Counted from the stretch's first letter, positions 1-10,876 are shown. The stretch: DNA of 64,000 nt from Cyanophyceae cyanobacterium (GCA_050331735.1 JBHJGN010000023.1:128001-192000); one strand, 5' to 3'. Notes: generated from the letters alone by a model not told the origin. Program-made: numbers and translations.

Positions 1-988
1 CATGGCTCCAAAATGAAGTCGGTTCGCCTAAACGTGTACCGATCACCAAGGTTCGGTGGGGTCGATGATCCTGAAGATACTCCAGCACCGATTCGTGACC
101 GCCTAATCCTGTAACGCCGACAAACTGAGCATGATTTTCGGGGAAAACGCCTTTTCCGCGCGGCGAACACATCACAGCGGCTCCGGTTTTCTCGGCAAGC
201 TGAAGAATGCTCTGAGCCGCTCCCCGCGCTCCGTAGCCGACCCAGATAGCAAACGGTCCTTCAGACAGCAGGGCGGCGACTTTAGACACCGTTTTCTGGC
301 TAGGAACCGACAGATCTGGGGCTAAATTGACTTCCGGCACCGCCGTGGTCATCGGCGCAGACTGTACGGCAGTGGGAATGCTGATGTGAGCGACAAAAGT
401 TCCCCTTTGGGAAACGCCTAGAGCTAATCGGCGAGCAATTTGGGGAAGCTGCTGCGGAGACTCAAGAACGGTAGCGTAGTTAAACAGGGCTCCAGAAGTA
501 AAAATACCGCCTTGGGGAATGGTTTGCTCGCTGGTTTCTTGAATCGCCCACCGTCCGCGCTGTGGTGCAGACGTGCAGGCCGAAAAATGAATTACTTTTG
601 CCCCTTCGTCCCGCGCTGCCATTAATCCAGTGAGCGAGTTGGTGATGCCGGGACTAGCGGTTGAAAAGGAAACCACCGGACGGTTGCTGGCAAAATGAGC
701 TTCAGTCGCGGCAAAGGTCGCGCCGCTCTCGTGACGACAGTGCAGCACCTCAATCAGAGGGCTGTTGGATAAAGCGCCCCATAGCGTTGCCATCGCGCCA
801 CCAGATACGCCAAAGGCTTCGCGGACTCCTAATGCTTCGAGAGCTTTTACCAGTGCCTGGGCAACGGTCAGTGAGGCGGTGCCGTTACCGTTGCTGGTAG
901 AGGCGATCGCGTCCTGCTGGCGATTGTTGCCATCGCCATTGTGGTTCTCCACGAAGAATGATTGTTTTTGAGTCAAGTTTTCAGTCAT
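1..988 (-). CDS. scyA: ScyA, ThDP-dependent acyloin synthase of scytonemin biosynthesis (5' part; runs off the left edge)
   Basis: Hand-translated from ATG at 988: ...AFGVSGGAMATLWGALSNS...CRHESGATFAATEAHFASNRP...SPGITNSLTGL...SACTSAPQRGRWAIQETS...LVIGTRLGEPTSFW. These are acetolactate-synthase-like motifs matching recalled ScyA sequence, and the trp/aro/tyrA block and two-component pair agree. Confidence 0.9.
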   Translation of the reverse strand, partial: MTENLTQKQSFFVENHNGDGNNRQQDAIASTSNGNGTASLTVAQALVKALEALGVREAFGVSGGAMATLWGALSNSPLIEVLHCRHESGATFAATEAHFASNRPVVSFSTASPGITNSLTGLMAARDEGAKVIHFSACTSAPQRGRWAIQETSEQTIPQGGIFTSGALFNYATVLESPQQLPQIARRLALGVSQRGTFVAHISIPTAVQSAPMTTAVPEVNLAPDLSVPSQKTVSKVAALLSEGPFAIWVGYGARGAAQSILQLAEKTGAAVMCSPRGKGVFPENHAQFVGVTGLGGHESVLEYLQDHRPHRTLVIGTRLGEPTSFWSH

Positions 989-1056
989 TGCTCTTTAAAT
1001 TCAAAAATACTGAGGGTGACTACCGCCAAAGGGAATAAAAATTAGCAGAAGTTATG

Positions 1057-1096
1057 GTCAGGGTCGCATCAGCAATTAAGCAATGCGACCCGTGAC
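1057..1096 (-). promoter_or_regulatory. Intergenic stem-loop between the Gly-rich gene and scyA
   Basis: GGGTCGCAT (1061-1069) / ATGCGACCC (1083-1091) inverted repeat with no clear U-tract. Confidence 0.45.
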
Positions 1097-1129
1097 TCAT
1101 GAGGCTATGTTGTTACGGTCGTAACCGAG

Positions 1130-3022
1130 TTAAGCAATGGTGTCAGGAGCACCACTGCCAATCGGTAATGGAATTCCAAATTCGCCTACTGGACCAGCAA
1201 CATTCAGATTCACTCCGCCATCTTCGGTGGTGTTAATACCCGCTCCAAAAGAGCCAATGCCAGCAGCACCACTTTGCAGCGGCGAATCGTCATCGCTAGC
1301 GGCTTCATCCGAACTCAAGAACCAGTTTCCTTCCTCATCGTTGAGGAGGTAGGCACCACCAGCAACAGGAATCGCCAGTTCGCTACCCTCTAGGAACGGA
1401 TTGGCAGCCGGAATTTCAAAGCCGTCTTCACCAGCGGGAATATTGGCTCCACCACCAACAGGGAACTGGATGCCGTCTTCACCAGCTACAGGAGCACCCG
1501 GTCCAACAGGAAGCTCCAGCTCGCCCTCTTCGCCGAAAATTGGCAGTTCAAATCCGCCAGCAAACTCTAGTTCGCCCTCGTCATTGAGAGCGGGAGCGCC
1601 ACCACCAATGGGAGGCTCAAATCCGCCCTCTTCGTTGAACAGGGGAATATTGCCGACATTCGGAATCTCTAGTTCGCCCTCGTCATTGAGAGCGGGAGCG
1701 CCACCAACGGGAGGCTCAAATCCGCCCTCTTCGTCGAGAACCGGAGCAACGCCAACAGGTAGCTCAAACTCGCCCTCTTCGTTGAGCAGAGGAACGTTGA
1801 TGCCGCCGGGAATTTCTAGAACGCCCTCATTATTGACAACGGCACTGCCAACCGGGCCGCCAACGGGAGGCTCTAATTCGCCTTCCTCGTTGAAGAGAGG
1901 AATGGCAACGTCATTGGGAAGAACAACCTGACCATCTTCGTTCAGTTCTACAGAGCCGTCACCGAAGGAGCCGTCGCCACCGAAGTCCCACACCCAAGGA
2001 GAGTCAGAAGCAGCAGGAGCGTCATCAACCGGTGTGCCGGTAGACACGGCGAGCTCTTCGTTAGAAAGTCCTTCGGGAACCTGTCCGACCGGAAAAATTC
2101 CCGCCGCAGAATCGGTGCCAGGAATATCAGAGCTGTCGGAAAGAGCGGCAGTGGGGTCAAATTCAAACGGGTTGCCGCCGAAAGGATTTCCTCCAGAAGA
2201 TAAGAGCTCTTCACTAACACCAGGAACATCAGGATTAGAAATAGAAGTGTCGTCGTCGCTTGGTTCAGCATCGTCACTGAGGAGCCACTCGCCATCCTCG
2301 CTTCTGATGATGTAGCTTTCGTCATCACCAACCACGACTTCACCGGTATCGGGAAGGCTGCCCAGACCGCCAGCGTCAGAATCAGCATCACCGCCTGGGA
2401 AAGAAACGTTAGGCTCGTCGCCCTCAACAAGAGGATTTCCTTCTGTTAGAGGATCCCAACCGGCCCAGGGGTTTTCTCCTCCGCCAGCACCGCCACCAAA
2501 GGGGCTACCGCCGCCAGAGTTGCCGCCGCCAAAGCCGCCAGCACCGCCACCGAAGGGGCTGCCACCGCCACCAAAGCCGCCAGCACCACCGCCACCGAAG
2601 GGGTTGCCACCGTCCATAGAGGGGCTACCATTGTTATTGGGGGTTTCCCCGCCTGTAGAGGAGTCCGTTCCATTTCCACCGGAGGGCTCCTCTCCGCCTG
2701 CGCCGCCCCCAAAAGGATTTTGTCCAGGAACACCGACGTTACCAAAAATATCTTCCGGACCGTCAATACCCGGTAAATCGAGTAAGCGACCAAATGGGCT
2801 GCTGCTGAGCTGGCTCATCATATCTGAACCGCCACCAGCATCGCCAAAGTCGTAATTGTAGTTGGGGTCTGTGTTGGTATTAGGAGCACCGCCCATCGGA
2901 CCACCGGAAGAGGCACCGCCGTCAGAGTTGCCGCCGCCGAAGCCACCAGCACCGCCACCGAAGGGGCTACCGCCGCCAGAGTTGCCGCCGCCGCCGAAGC
3001 CGCCCATATTTCCACCAAACAT
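1130..3022 (-). CDS. Acidic Gly/Pro-rich low-complexity repeat protein, function unknown
   Basis: 630-aa ORF with AGAGGA RBS upstream; GGGSPFGGGAGGF repeats and about 11 N(E/D)EG(E/G)(L/F)ExP repeats; no Lys or Cys seen. Confidence 0.8.
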   Translation of the reverse strand: MFGGNMGGFGGGGNSGGGSPFGGGAGGFGGGNSDGGASSGGPMGGAPNTNTDPNYNYDFGDAGGGSDMMSQLSSSPFGRLLDLPGIDGPEDIFGNVGVPGQNPFGGGAGGEEPSGGNGTDSSTGGETPNNNGSPSMDGGNPFGGGGAGGFGGGGSPFGGGAGGFGGGNSGGGSPFGGGAGGGENPWAGWDPLTEGNPLVEGDEPNVSFPGGDADSDAGGLGSLPDTGEVVVGDDESYIIRSEDGEWLLSDDAEPSDDDTSISNPDVPGVSEELLSSGGNPFGGNPFEFDPTAALSDSSDIPGTDSAAGIFPVGQVPEGLSNEELAVSTGTPVDDAPAASDSPWVWDFGGDGSFGDGSVELNEDGQVVLPNDVAIPLFNEEGELEPPVGGPVGSAVVNNEGVLEIPGGINVPLLNEEGEFELPVGVAPVLDEEGGFEPPVGGAPALNDEGELEIPNVGNIPLFNEEGGFEPPIGGGAPALNDEGELEFAGGFELPIFGEEGELELPVGPGAPVAGEDGIQFPVGGGANIPAGEDGFEIPAANPFLEGSELAIPVAGGAYLLNDEEGNWFLSSDEAASDDDSPLQSGAAGIGSFGAGINTTEDGGVNLNVAGPVGEFGIPLPIGSGAPDTIA

Positions 3023-3156
3023 GTATGTGTCCTCTTATAGATAACGTTGTCAATTCGTTTGCCTTTGCGTCCTGCAATTAAATGGCAAACTTAATAGAAA
3101 GACTTGCGTTAACAAGCCTGAGTAGCTCACAATGTATTGCTACTGCTGAATGTGTC

Positions 3157-4728
3157 CTACGCCACTGGTAGAACATCCGGGGGAACATCTGTCGGAACTT
3201 CTCCTTCAGGGAAGATTCCTGCTGCACCACCCATAGAAGCATCGGTATCTGGTAAAGAACCTGTACCGGCACCATTCAAACTTTCGTAAACCTGGTCAAC
3301 AATCCCCTGACCTTCAGTATCGACTTCCACAGGCATCTCACCGCCGTTTAGAAGTGCGTCTGGTTCACCTTCATCAGATGCTCCAGCTACTCCGGTGAAG
3401 TCGAAGGTATAGTTAGGGTCACTGGCAGACTCGTCACTCACTAAGGTGACGCTGCCATCAGCATTAGTCTCGAAGTAGCGATCGGCGTTACCAAAGATGG
3501 TCAAATTATCGTCATCTAGGGTAAAGCGATTGCCGTTGATGCTGTTGCCGTCGCCGCTAACTCGATTGCTGTTGCCAGAAATACTGTTATCGCTACCGCT
3601 CGGACGGTTACCGTTCCCGCTCACCTGGTTGTTATCTCCGAGGCTCCAGTTCCCGTTGCCGTTGTCGATGGCGTTGTTACTGCCAAAACTCCAGTTCCCA
3701 TTGCCGGAAATGTTGTTCGTGCTACCGAAGTTCCAGTTCCCGTTGCCGTTGATGACGTTTTGGTTGCCGGTGGGATCCTCAGCGGTATCCGGCGTTTCAC
3801 CGTCGCCAACCGGAGTTGGTGTCGTGCTACCGCCCGACAATACGGGGTTGTTCCCGCCAACGTCTGCAAGCGGAGCATCGCCCTCGCCGAAACCAGACGG
3901 ATTACCGCCACTGAGAGGATTATTGTTCCCAGCAAACAAGTTATCAAAGGGAGTACCGCCCTCTTCTGCGTTCAGGTTCCAGTTTCCGTTTCCGCTGATC
4001 TGATTTCCTTCACCGAAGTTCCAGTTTCCGTTTCCACTAGCTTGGTTATCGTTGCCAAAGAACCAGTTTCCGTTTCCGTCAGCTAGATTGCCGCTGCCGG
4101 TTTCTCCCTCTGAATCCCCGAGAAAGTTGTTGCCGTTACCGTTGTCGGTGTTGCCAACACCCGTGTCGATGCTGCCGCTGAATCCACCGCCCATGCCCAT
4201 CATTGAGCCGCCGCCACCAAAAGGAGTTTCGGTGACACCTTCAGAGCCCTCACTCGGAGTATCATCTTCTTCAGTAAAAGGGCTGCCCTCGGTATTGGGG
4301 TCGTAGCCTCCTGCGAAGGGATTCGACGAGTTGTCTTCCGCATTGCCGCCAAAACTACCGAAGGGCATACCGCCACCAGCACCAGCCATGTCGCCACCGC
4401 CAGCAAAGATGTCGCCGACGTTGCCGAACTCTTCAAACTCCAGCAGTTGGTCAAAGGGAGTCCGCATCGGCAAACCGCTGTCGTGATCGTATTCATATCC
4501 CTCGGCGGGAGCTAACGGATCGCCAAGCGCCCCTCCTCCAAAGCCGCTAGCTGTTCCTCCTGCTAGCGGGTTACTCCCTCCGGCAAACGGGTTGCCGGAG
4601 GGAGAATCGTATTCATCGCTACCATCGGCACCAGCACCATCTGATAGGCTATTTACTGGAACGGTAGGCTCCCCTGAAGCAGCATCAGCAGACGTGCTTA
4701 TCGGGTTCACTGTTAGTTCTTCAGCCAT
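3157..4728 (-). CDS. Acidic Gly/Asn-rich repeat protein with GNGNW repeats, function unknown
   Basis: 523-aa ORF; about 9-10 (S/N)GNGNW(N/S)FG-type repeats with ~14-aa period; shares motifs with 1130..3022. Confidence 0.8.
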   Translation of the reverse strand: MAEELTVNPISTSADAASGEPTVPVNSLSDGAGADGSDEYDSPSGNPFAGGSNPLAGGTASGFGGGALGDPLAPAEGYEYDHDSGLPMRTPFDQLLEFEEFGNVGDIFAGGGDMAGAGGGMPFGSFGGNAEDNSSNPFAGGYDPNTEGSPFTEEDDTPSEGSEGVTETPFGGGGSMMGMGGGFSGSIDTGVGNTDNGNGNNFLGDSEGETGSGNLADGNGNWFFGNDNQASGNGNWNFGEGNQISGNGNWNLNAEEGGTPFDNLFAGNNNPLSGGNPSGFGEGDAPLADVGGNNPVLSGGSTTPTPVGDGETPDTAEDPTGNQNVINGNGNWNFGSTNNISGNGNWSFGSNNAIDNGNGNWSLGDNNQVSGNGNRPSGSDNSISGNSNRVSGDGNSINGNRFTLDDDNLTIFGNADRYFETNADGSVTLVSDESASDPNYTFDFTGVAGASDEGEPDALLNGGEMPVEVDTEGQGIVDQVYESLNGAGTGSLPDTDASMGGAAGIFPEGEVPTDVPPDVLPVA

Positions 4729-5372
4729 AAATTGTTAATACCTTGTAGTTCATCAAAAACGCTGAAGCAGGTACACAACACTACCCGCGCTGAAGCCCCC
4801 ATCAACTAAAGCGCGATATCAAATAGCTAATCCTAAGTTGTTATCAAGCTGTTTAGAGCAACCATGCAGTTGCTGTGGAAACCTCAAGCTTGGGTGTGCA
4901 TAGTTGTGTTCAAGTCGCCAGTTCAATGTTTTTCGCGGGTGCAAAGTTTGAACTGCCCCAACTTTGCACTACCCAGAAGCTTAAGGAATTTTAAAGTCAG
5001 CAAACAATGAATAATCTTTTGATTGAGGTTCCTATTATTTAGCTGATGGCTAATCGAGTCGCAGTCAATGAGAAGGGTTTATGCAAAGAAATCTCGTTGG
5101 TGTTTCTCATCTTTTTGCGATACATAATTTTAATGTAGAGTGTCTCCAGAAGTAGAGAATTGCTGCCACGAGCAGAAAGCAAAAAAATAGAAAAAGCGTT
5201 CTAAAGATTGTTCATTGAAACGAAGCTTAAACAATTATTAAGCTTACTCGTACCTGCCATAAATTGTTGGCTGCTCTGTCTGTATCCGAGGTTTTTAATA
5301 CTAATTGATGGAGTCAAATTTTGTAAAGAGGCGATCGCACCCCCAATCACTGAACGCAGCACAGGAGACTGA

Positions 5373-7571
5373 ATGAAATTAACATCCCACCGTTACACGA
5401 CTCAAGGCGGCATCAGCGTCACTCGCTCTCGGGCTAAAATTCTGATGGAGACAGCAACAGACAGGATTTTATCCCGCTTAAACTCGCAAAGAGGCGGCTT
5501 GCTCGCCAGTAGCTACGAGTATCCGGGACGGTATAAGCGGTGGGCGATTGGATTTATCAATCCTCCCCTAGAATTGGCCACCCGCGATCGCACATTTACT
5601 ATCGCAGCTCACAACGAGCGCGGCCAGGTGCTGTTGCCCTTCATCGCTGACTGGCTGCGGGGACACGACCACCTAGAGCACCTCGAACTTCAGGAGCAGC
5701 GCCTCACGGGAGCCGTTAAGCCAGCGACTCAGTTCTTCTCCGAAGAGGAGCGCAGCAAGCAGCCATCGGTGTTTACGCTAGTGCGAGAACTCAGCCGTGC
5801 CTTCTTCAGCCACGAAGACGAAAACCTGGGGCTGTACGGCGCTTTTGCCTACGATTTAGTCTTTCAGTTTGAATCAATTACCCAACACCGCGATCGCCCC
5901 AACGATCAGCGCGACTTGGTTCTCTACCTGCCAGACGAACTCGTGGTGGTGGATTACTACTTGCAGAGCGCTTACTGCATCCAGTACGATTTCACCACCG
6001 AACACGGCACCACCAGAGGACTTCCACGGACCGGGGAAGCGATCGATTATCGCGGGGCTCAGCTTACTCCCGAGCGGGAATCCGACCATCACAGAGGCGA
6101 CTATGCCAAAAAAGTCGGCGTGGCTTTAGAATACTTTCGGCGCGGCGATCTCTTTGAAGTCGTTCCCAGCCAAAGCTTTTATCGCAACTGTGCCGAAACG
6201 CCAGCCAAGCTGTTCGAGATTCTCCAGCAGATCAACCCCAGTCCCTACGGCTTTCTGCTTAACCTCGGCGGCGAATACCTCATCGGTGCGTCTCCAGAAA
6301 TGTTTGTGCGCGTAGAAGGAAAATGCGTCGAAACCTGCCCGATCAGCGGCACCATCAGCCGGGGTCAGGATGCCATCGATGATGCCGCTCAAATCCGCCA
6401 GTTGCTCAACTCTCACAAGGACGAGGCCGAACTAACCATGTGTACCGACGTAGATCGCAACGATAAATCGCGGATCTGCGAACCCGGCTCGGTCCAGGTC
6501 ATCGGTCGTCGCCAGGTAGAGCTGTATAGCCATCTGATCCACACCGTCGATCACGTTGAGGGTATTTTGCGACCGGAATTTGATGCCCTTGATGCCTTTC
6601 TTACCCATACCTGGGCCGTAACGGTAACGGGAGCCCCCAAACGCTCAGCGATGCAGTTTGTCGAACAGCACGAACACAGCGCCCGTCGCTGGTATGGCGG
6701 GGCGGTGGGGTATCTCGCCTTCAACGGCGATCTCAACACCGGGTTGACGCTGCGCACCATTCGTCTCAAAGATTCCATTGCTGAAGTGAGAGTGGGGGCC
6801 ACGGTTCTCTATGACTCCAATCCCGAAGCCGAAGAAGAGGAAACCCATACCAAGGCAGCCGCCCTCTTTCAAACTCTCTGTGATGCCTGTCAAGGGTGCG
6901 AGACGGCGACGGGAACAGCATCCCGCAGCCCCAGCACAGTTTTTCCCGAGTCCTTAGCCCAGCGGATTCTGCTCATCGACTACGAAGACTCCTTCGTTCA
7001 CACCCTCGCTAACTACCTGCGGCAGTCAGGAGCCACGGTCACTACTCTCCGTCACGGCTTCCCCGAATCAGTCCTCGATTCCGAAGCACCCGCTCTCGTA
7101 GTGCTGTCTCCCGGTCCCGGCAAACCCAGCGATTTCCGCGTTCCCGAGATGGTGCAGGCGTGCGTACGACGGCAGCTCCCTGTGTTTGGTGTTTGTTTGG
7201 GGCTACAGGGAATCGTAGAAGCCTTTGGCGGCGAACTGGGCATTCTTGACTATCCCCAACACGGCAAGACCTCTCAAATTCTCGTGGTGGAGCCAGAATC
7301 GCGCCTGTTCAAAAATCTACCGCAGTCTTTTGAAGTGGGTCGCTACCACTCCCTGTTTGCCCTTCCCCATCGCCTGCCCGATGCGCTTCAGGTCACGGCA
7401 GTCTCAGAAGATAACGTCGTCATGGCGATCGAACATAAGGAGTTGCCCATTACTGCCGTTCAGTTCCATCCCGAATCCATCATGAGCTTGGCGGGTGGAG
7501 TCGGACTAGCGATTATTAATAATGTGATTCAGGCTCAGGCAGCGAGCGCTCCTGTTGTCTCGATTAAGTAG
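5373..7571 (+). CDS. trpE: Anthranilate synthase, fused TrpE-TrpG
   Basis: NPSPY, GASPEMFVRV, ETCPISGT, GAPK in the chorismate-binding part; C-terminal GATase with SPGPG, GVCLG, QFHPES. Confidence 0.95.
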   Translation: MKLTSHRYTTQGGISVTRSRAKILMETATDRILSRLNSQRGGLLASSYEYPGRYKRWAIGFINPPLELATRDRTFTIAAHNERGQVLLPFIADWLRGHDHLEHLELQEQRLTGAVKPATQFFSEEERSKQPSVFTLVRELSRAFFSHEDENLGLYGAFAYDLVFQFESITQHRDRPNDQRDLVLYLPDELVVVDYYLQSAYCIQYDFTTEHGTTRGLPRTGEAIDYRGAQLTPERESDHHRGDYAKKVGVALEYFRRGDLFEVVPSQSFYRNCAETPAKLFEILQQINPSPYGFLLNLGGEYLIGASPEMFVRVEGKCVETCPISGTISRGQDAIDDAAQIRQLLNSHKDEAELTMCTDVDRNDKSRICEPGSVQVIGRRQVELYSHLIHTVDHVEGILRPEFDALDAFLTHTWAVTVTGAPKRSAMQFVEQHEHSARRWYGGAVGYLAFNGDLNTGLTLRTIRLKDSIAEVRVGATVLYDSNPEAEEEETHTKAAALFQTLCDACQGCETATGTASRSPSTVFPESLAQRILLIDYEDSFVHTLANYLRQSGATVTTLRHGFPESVLDSEAPALVVLSPGPGKPSDFRVPEMVQACVRRQLPVFGVCLGLQGIVEAFGGELGILDYPQHGKTSQILVVEPESRLFKNLPQSFEVGRYHSLFALPHRLPDALQVTAVSEDNVVMAIEHKELPITAVQFHPESIMSLAGGVGLAIINNVIQAQAASAPVVSIK

Positions 7572-7582
7572 GATAAAACACT

Positions 7583-8473
7583 ATGCAGATTCGTCGCCGT
7601 TGCGCACCGAGCCACTCGGGTTATCAGATTGTTGCTCCTGACGCGCCACCCCGTCATATTTTGGAAGAGATCGTTTGGCACAAAGAGCAAGAAGTGGCGC
7701 TGATGCAGGAACAAGTGCCGCTGGCTACCTTAAAGCAGCAAGTTTCATTCGCTGCGCGAGATTTTGTCTGTGCGCTTGAGCAGAATTCGCGGCAGCCGAG
7801 CCTGATTGCTGAGGTGAAAAAAGCCTCTCCTAGTCAAGGGGTAATGCGAGCCGATTTCGATCCGGTCAGCATTGCGCAGGCTTACGAGCGCAGCGGTGCT
7901 GCCTGCCTATCGGTCCTCACCGATTACCGTTTTTTCCAGGGCAGTTTTGATAACCTGCGGCGCGTACGGCAGCACGTCTCTTTACCGCTGCTGTGCAAAG
8001 AGTTTATTATCGATTCGTACCAGATCTATCTGGCGCGAGCGGCTGGAGCTGATGCGGTGCTGTTGATTGCTGCTATTTTGAGCGATCGCGATCTTCACAA
8101 ATTTATGTCGCTCATTCACTCGCTCGGCATGAACGCGCTGGTGGAAGTGCACACTTCAGCAGAACTCGCTCGCGTCCTAACGTTGCCGAATTTACGCCTG
8201 CTCGGAATCAACAACCGCAATCTTGAAAATTTCACGGTCGCTCTTCAAACCACCCAGCAGCTCATGGCGACTCATCCCCAAATTCGTGACTTAGGCATCA
8301 CGGTAGTCAGTGAATCGGGAATTCACGGGTCAGCAGATTTGCAGTTTGTGCGCACAGCAGGAGCCAGAGCGGTACTGGTTGGTGAATCCCTAGTCAAGCA
8401 GCCTAACGTCGAGCAGGCCGTCAGCAAGCTTTACAGCGATGCGGCGTTAGTTAAGTCGCTAGGACAAGGATAA
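7583..8473 (+). CDS. trpC: Indole-3-glycerol phosphate synthase
   Basis: [36 protein letters not shown] motifs. Confidence 0.95.
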   Translation: MQIRRRCAPSHSGYQIVAPDAPPRHILEEIVWHKEQEVALMQEQVPLATLKQQVSFAARDFVCALEQNSRQPSLIAEVKKASPSQGVMRADFDPVSIAQAYERSGAACLSVLTDYRFFQGSFDNLRRVRQHVSLPLLCKEFIIDSYQIYLARAAGADAVLLIAAILSDRDLHKFMSLIHSLGMNALVEVHTSAELARVLTLPNLRLLGINNRNLENFTVALQTTQQLMATHPQIRDLGITVVSESGIHGSADLQFVRTAGARAVLVGESLVKQPNVEQAVSKLYSDAALVKSLGQG

Positions 8474-8597
8474 TTACGGTCTTTCTCCTGGTAAGGTTGC
8501 ACTTAAAGAGGGGGGAAACGGGGTGCCGTTGTCAAGAGACAATCAAGCAAATATCGCCTCTACGTTAACGTATTAGCAGTAAACGACTACCACTAAA

Positions 8598-9416
8598 ATG
8601 ACTTCTATTTCTGAACGCTTCAATTTTCTTAAAGACCGTCAGCAATGCGCTCTGATTCCGTTTATTACCGCTGGCGATCCCGATTTGGCCACCACCGAGA
8701 AAGCTCTCAAAGTTTTAGACCAGAACGGGGCTGATATCATTGAGCTGGGAATTCCCTATTCCGATCCCCTCGCCGATGGTCCCGTGATTCAGGCAGCCGC
8801 TACTCGCGCCCTTCAGCGAGGTACTAAGCTAGAGCAGGTGCTGGAGCTGGTGAAAAGGGTTAGCCCAGATTTGCAGGCTCCAATTGTGTTATTTACGTAC
8901 TACAATCCAATTCTCAATCGCGGGATTCGCTCGTTTCTAGAGCAAATTGCCGCCGCTGGAGCGCGGGGTCTCGTGGTGCCGGATTTACCCATCGATGAAG
9001 CCTCCGAGCTGCTAGAAACGGCAGCGGAGCTGGGAGTAGAGGTCATTTTACTGGTGGCTCCTACCTCCTCAGCCCAGCGCATCGAGGCGATCGCTCAGCG
9101 CTCTCAAGGCTTTATCTATTTGGTGAGCGTCACGGGCGTTACCGGCATGCGGACTCAGGTGCAGACACGGGTGAAAGATCTGCTCGCTCAGATGCGTACG
9201 CTCACCGATAAGCCCATCGGCATTGGCTTCGGCATTTCTGGGGGCGACCAAGCTCGCCAGATGAAGGACTGGGGAGCCGATGCGGTGATTGTTGGTAGCG
9301 CCTTTGTTAAGCGTCTAGCCGGTAGTTCTCAAGCCGAAGGTCTTGAGGCTGTCCAAAAGCTGTGCCAAGAACTTAAAGAAGCGATCGCCAGCGTTAAGGA
9401 AACCGTCTCCGCCTAG
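8598..9416 (+). CDS. trpA: Tryptophan synthase alpha subunit
   Basis: [37 protein letters not shown]. Confidence 0.97.
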   Translation: MTSISERFNFLKDRQQCALIPFITAGDPDLATTEKALKVLDQNGADIIELGIPYSDPLADGPVIQAAATRALQRGTKLEQVLELVKRVSPDLQAPIVLFTYYNPILNRGIRSFLEQIAAAGARGLVVPDLPIDEASELLETAAELGVEVILLVAPTSSAQRIEAIAQRSQGFIYLVSVTGVTGMRTQVQTRVKDLLAQMRTLTDKPIGIGFGISGGDQARQMKDWGADAVIVGSAFVKRLAGSSQAEGLEAVQKLCQELKEAIASVKETVSA

Positions 9417-9517
9417 TAATGTAAGGATAAACGGCGAGCCATCAAAATAATATCCGTTCATTCTATGCCAATTCACCCAGCCTTGACCACACTCTTTCGT
9501 ACATTCGATCAATCAAT

Positions 9518-10750
9518 ATGGTAGCAACTCCCGATAAACCCATTAATGCTCAGCGCCCCGATTCTGCGGGACGCTTCGGACAATTTGGCGGCAAGTACGT
9601 TCCAGAAACGCTCATGCCCGCCCTCGATGAGCTAGAAGCAGCATTCCACCAGTACTGCGGCGAACCAGAATTTGAAGCAGAACTGCAACATCTGCTCAAA
9701 GATTACGTCGGTCGTCCCACTCCGCTCTACTTTGCTGAGCGGTTGACGGCGCACTACGCTAAGCCGGACGGGACAGGACCGCAGATTTACCTCAAGCGCG
9801 AAGATCTCAACCACACGGGCGCTCACAAAATTAATAATGCTCTGGCCCAGGTACTGTTGGCTAAGCGCATGGGCAAAGAGCGCATCATCGCTGAAACCGG
9901 AGCCGGACAGCACGGTGTCGCCACCGCCACCGCCTGCGCTCGCTTCGGGCTGAAGTGTATCGTCTACATGGGCGTTCACGACATGGAGCGACAGGCGCTC
10001 AACGTCTTTCGGATGCGCCTCATGGGAGCTAAAGTAGCTCCCGTTGAGGCCGGAACCGGGACTCTGAAAGACGCAACCTCTGAAGCCATCCGCGACTGGG
10101 TGACCAACGTCGAAACCACTCACTACATCCTCGGCTCTGTCGCCGGTCCCCACCCTTACCCGATGCTGGTCCGAGATTTTCACGCCATCATCGGTGAAGA
10201 AACTCGCATTCAGGCCCAGGAAAAATGGGGAGGGTTACCAGATATTCTGCTAGCTTGTGTCGGCGGTGGCTCCAATGCCATTGGTCTATTTCACGATTTT
10301 GTTAAAGAACCCTCCGTCCGGCTGATTGGCGTTGAAGCAGCCGGAGAAGGCGTAACTACCGAAAAACACGCCGCTACCCTCACCAAAGGTCGGGTTGGCG
10401 TTCTCCACGGAGCGATGAGCTACCTGCTCCAAAATGAAGACGGACAGCCCATTGAAGCTCACTCCATTAGTGCTGGACTCGATTACCCGGGTGTCGGACC
10501 AGAGCATAGCTACCTTAAAGAAACCGGGCGGGCAGAGTACTACAGCGTCACCGACCAGCAGGCACTTCAGGCCCTGGAGTTACTGTCGCGGCTAGAAGGC
10601 ATTATTCCGGCGCTAGAAACGGCCCACGCTTTTGCCTATCTAGAAACTCTCTGTCCGCAGCTAGCAGGCAGCCCCAAAATTGTCATCAACTGCTCAGGAC
10701 GCGGCGACAAAGATGTTCAAACCGTCGCTAAGTACTGGAAGCCTTCTTAA
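9518..10750 (+). CDS. trpB: Tryptophan synthase beta subunit
   Basis: [45 protein letters not shown]. Confidence 0.97.
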   Translation: MVATPDKPINAQRPDSAGRFGQFGGKYVPETLMPALDELEAAFHQYCGEPEFEAELQHLLKDYVGRPTPLYFAERLTAHYAKPDGTGPQIYLKREDLNHTGAHKINNALAQVLLAKRMGKERIIAETGAGQHGVATATACARFGLKCIVYMGVHDMERQALNVFRMRLMGAKVAPVEAGTGTLKDATSEAIRDWVTNVETTHYILGSVAGPHPYPMLVRDFHAIIGEETRIQAQEKWGGLPDILLACVGGGSNAIGLFHDFVKEPSVRLIGVEAAGEGVTTEKHAATLTKGRVGVLHGAMSYLLQNEDGQPIEAHSISAGLDYPGVGPEHSYLKETGRAEYYSVTDQQALQALELLSRLEGIIPALETAHAFAYLETLCPQLAGSPKIVINCSGRGDKDVQTVAKYWKPS

Positions 10751-10876
10751 AAGCGATTAGCCGTTAGCTGATTCATGAGTCATGTTCCAAACTCAAGACA
10801 AAGCGAAAAGCTTTCTTGAAGCTAGCAGCTAACAGCTAAAAATGCTCACCTGTGTACCCCCTACTTTGATAGACCT

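Noticed and set aside
131..971. Four short plus-strand ORFs
   Set aside because: They are antisense to scyA.
1137..4306. Pro/Ser-rich plus-strand ORFs
   Set aside because: They are antisense shadows of the Gly-rich minus-strand genes.
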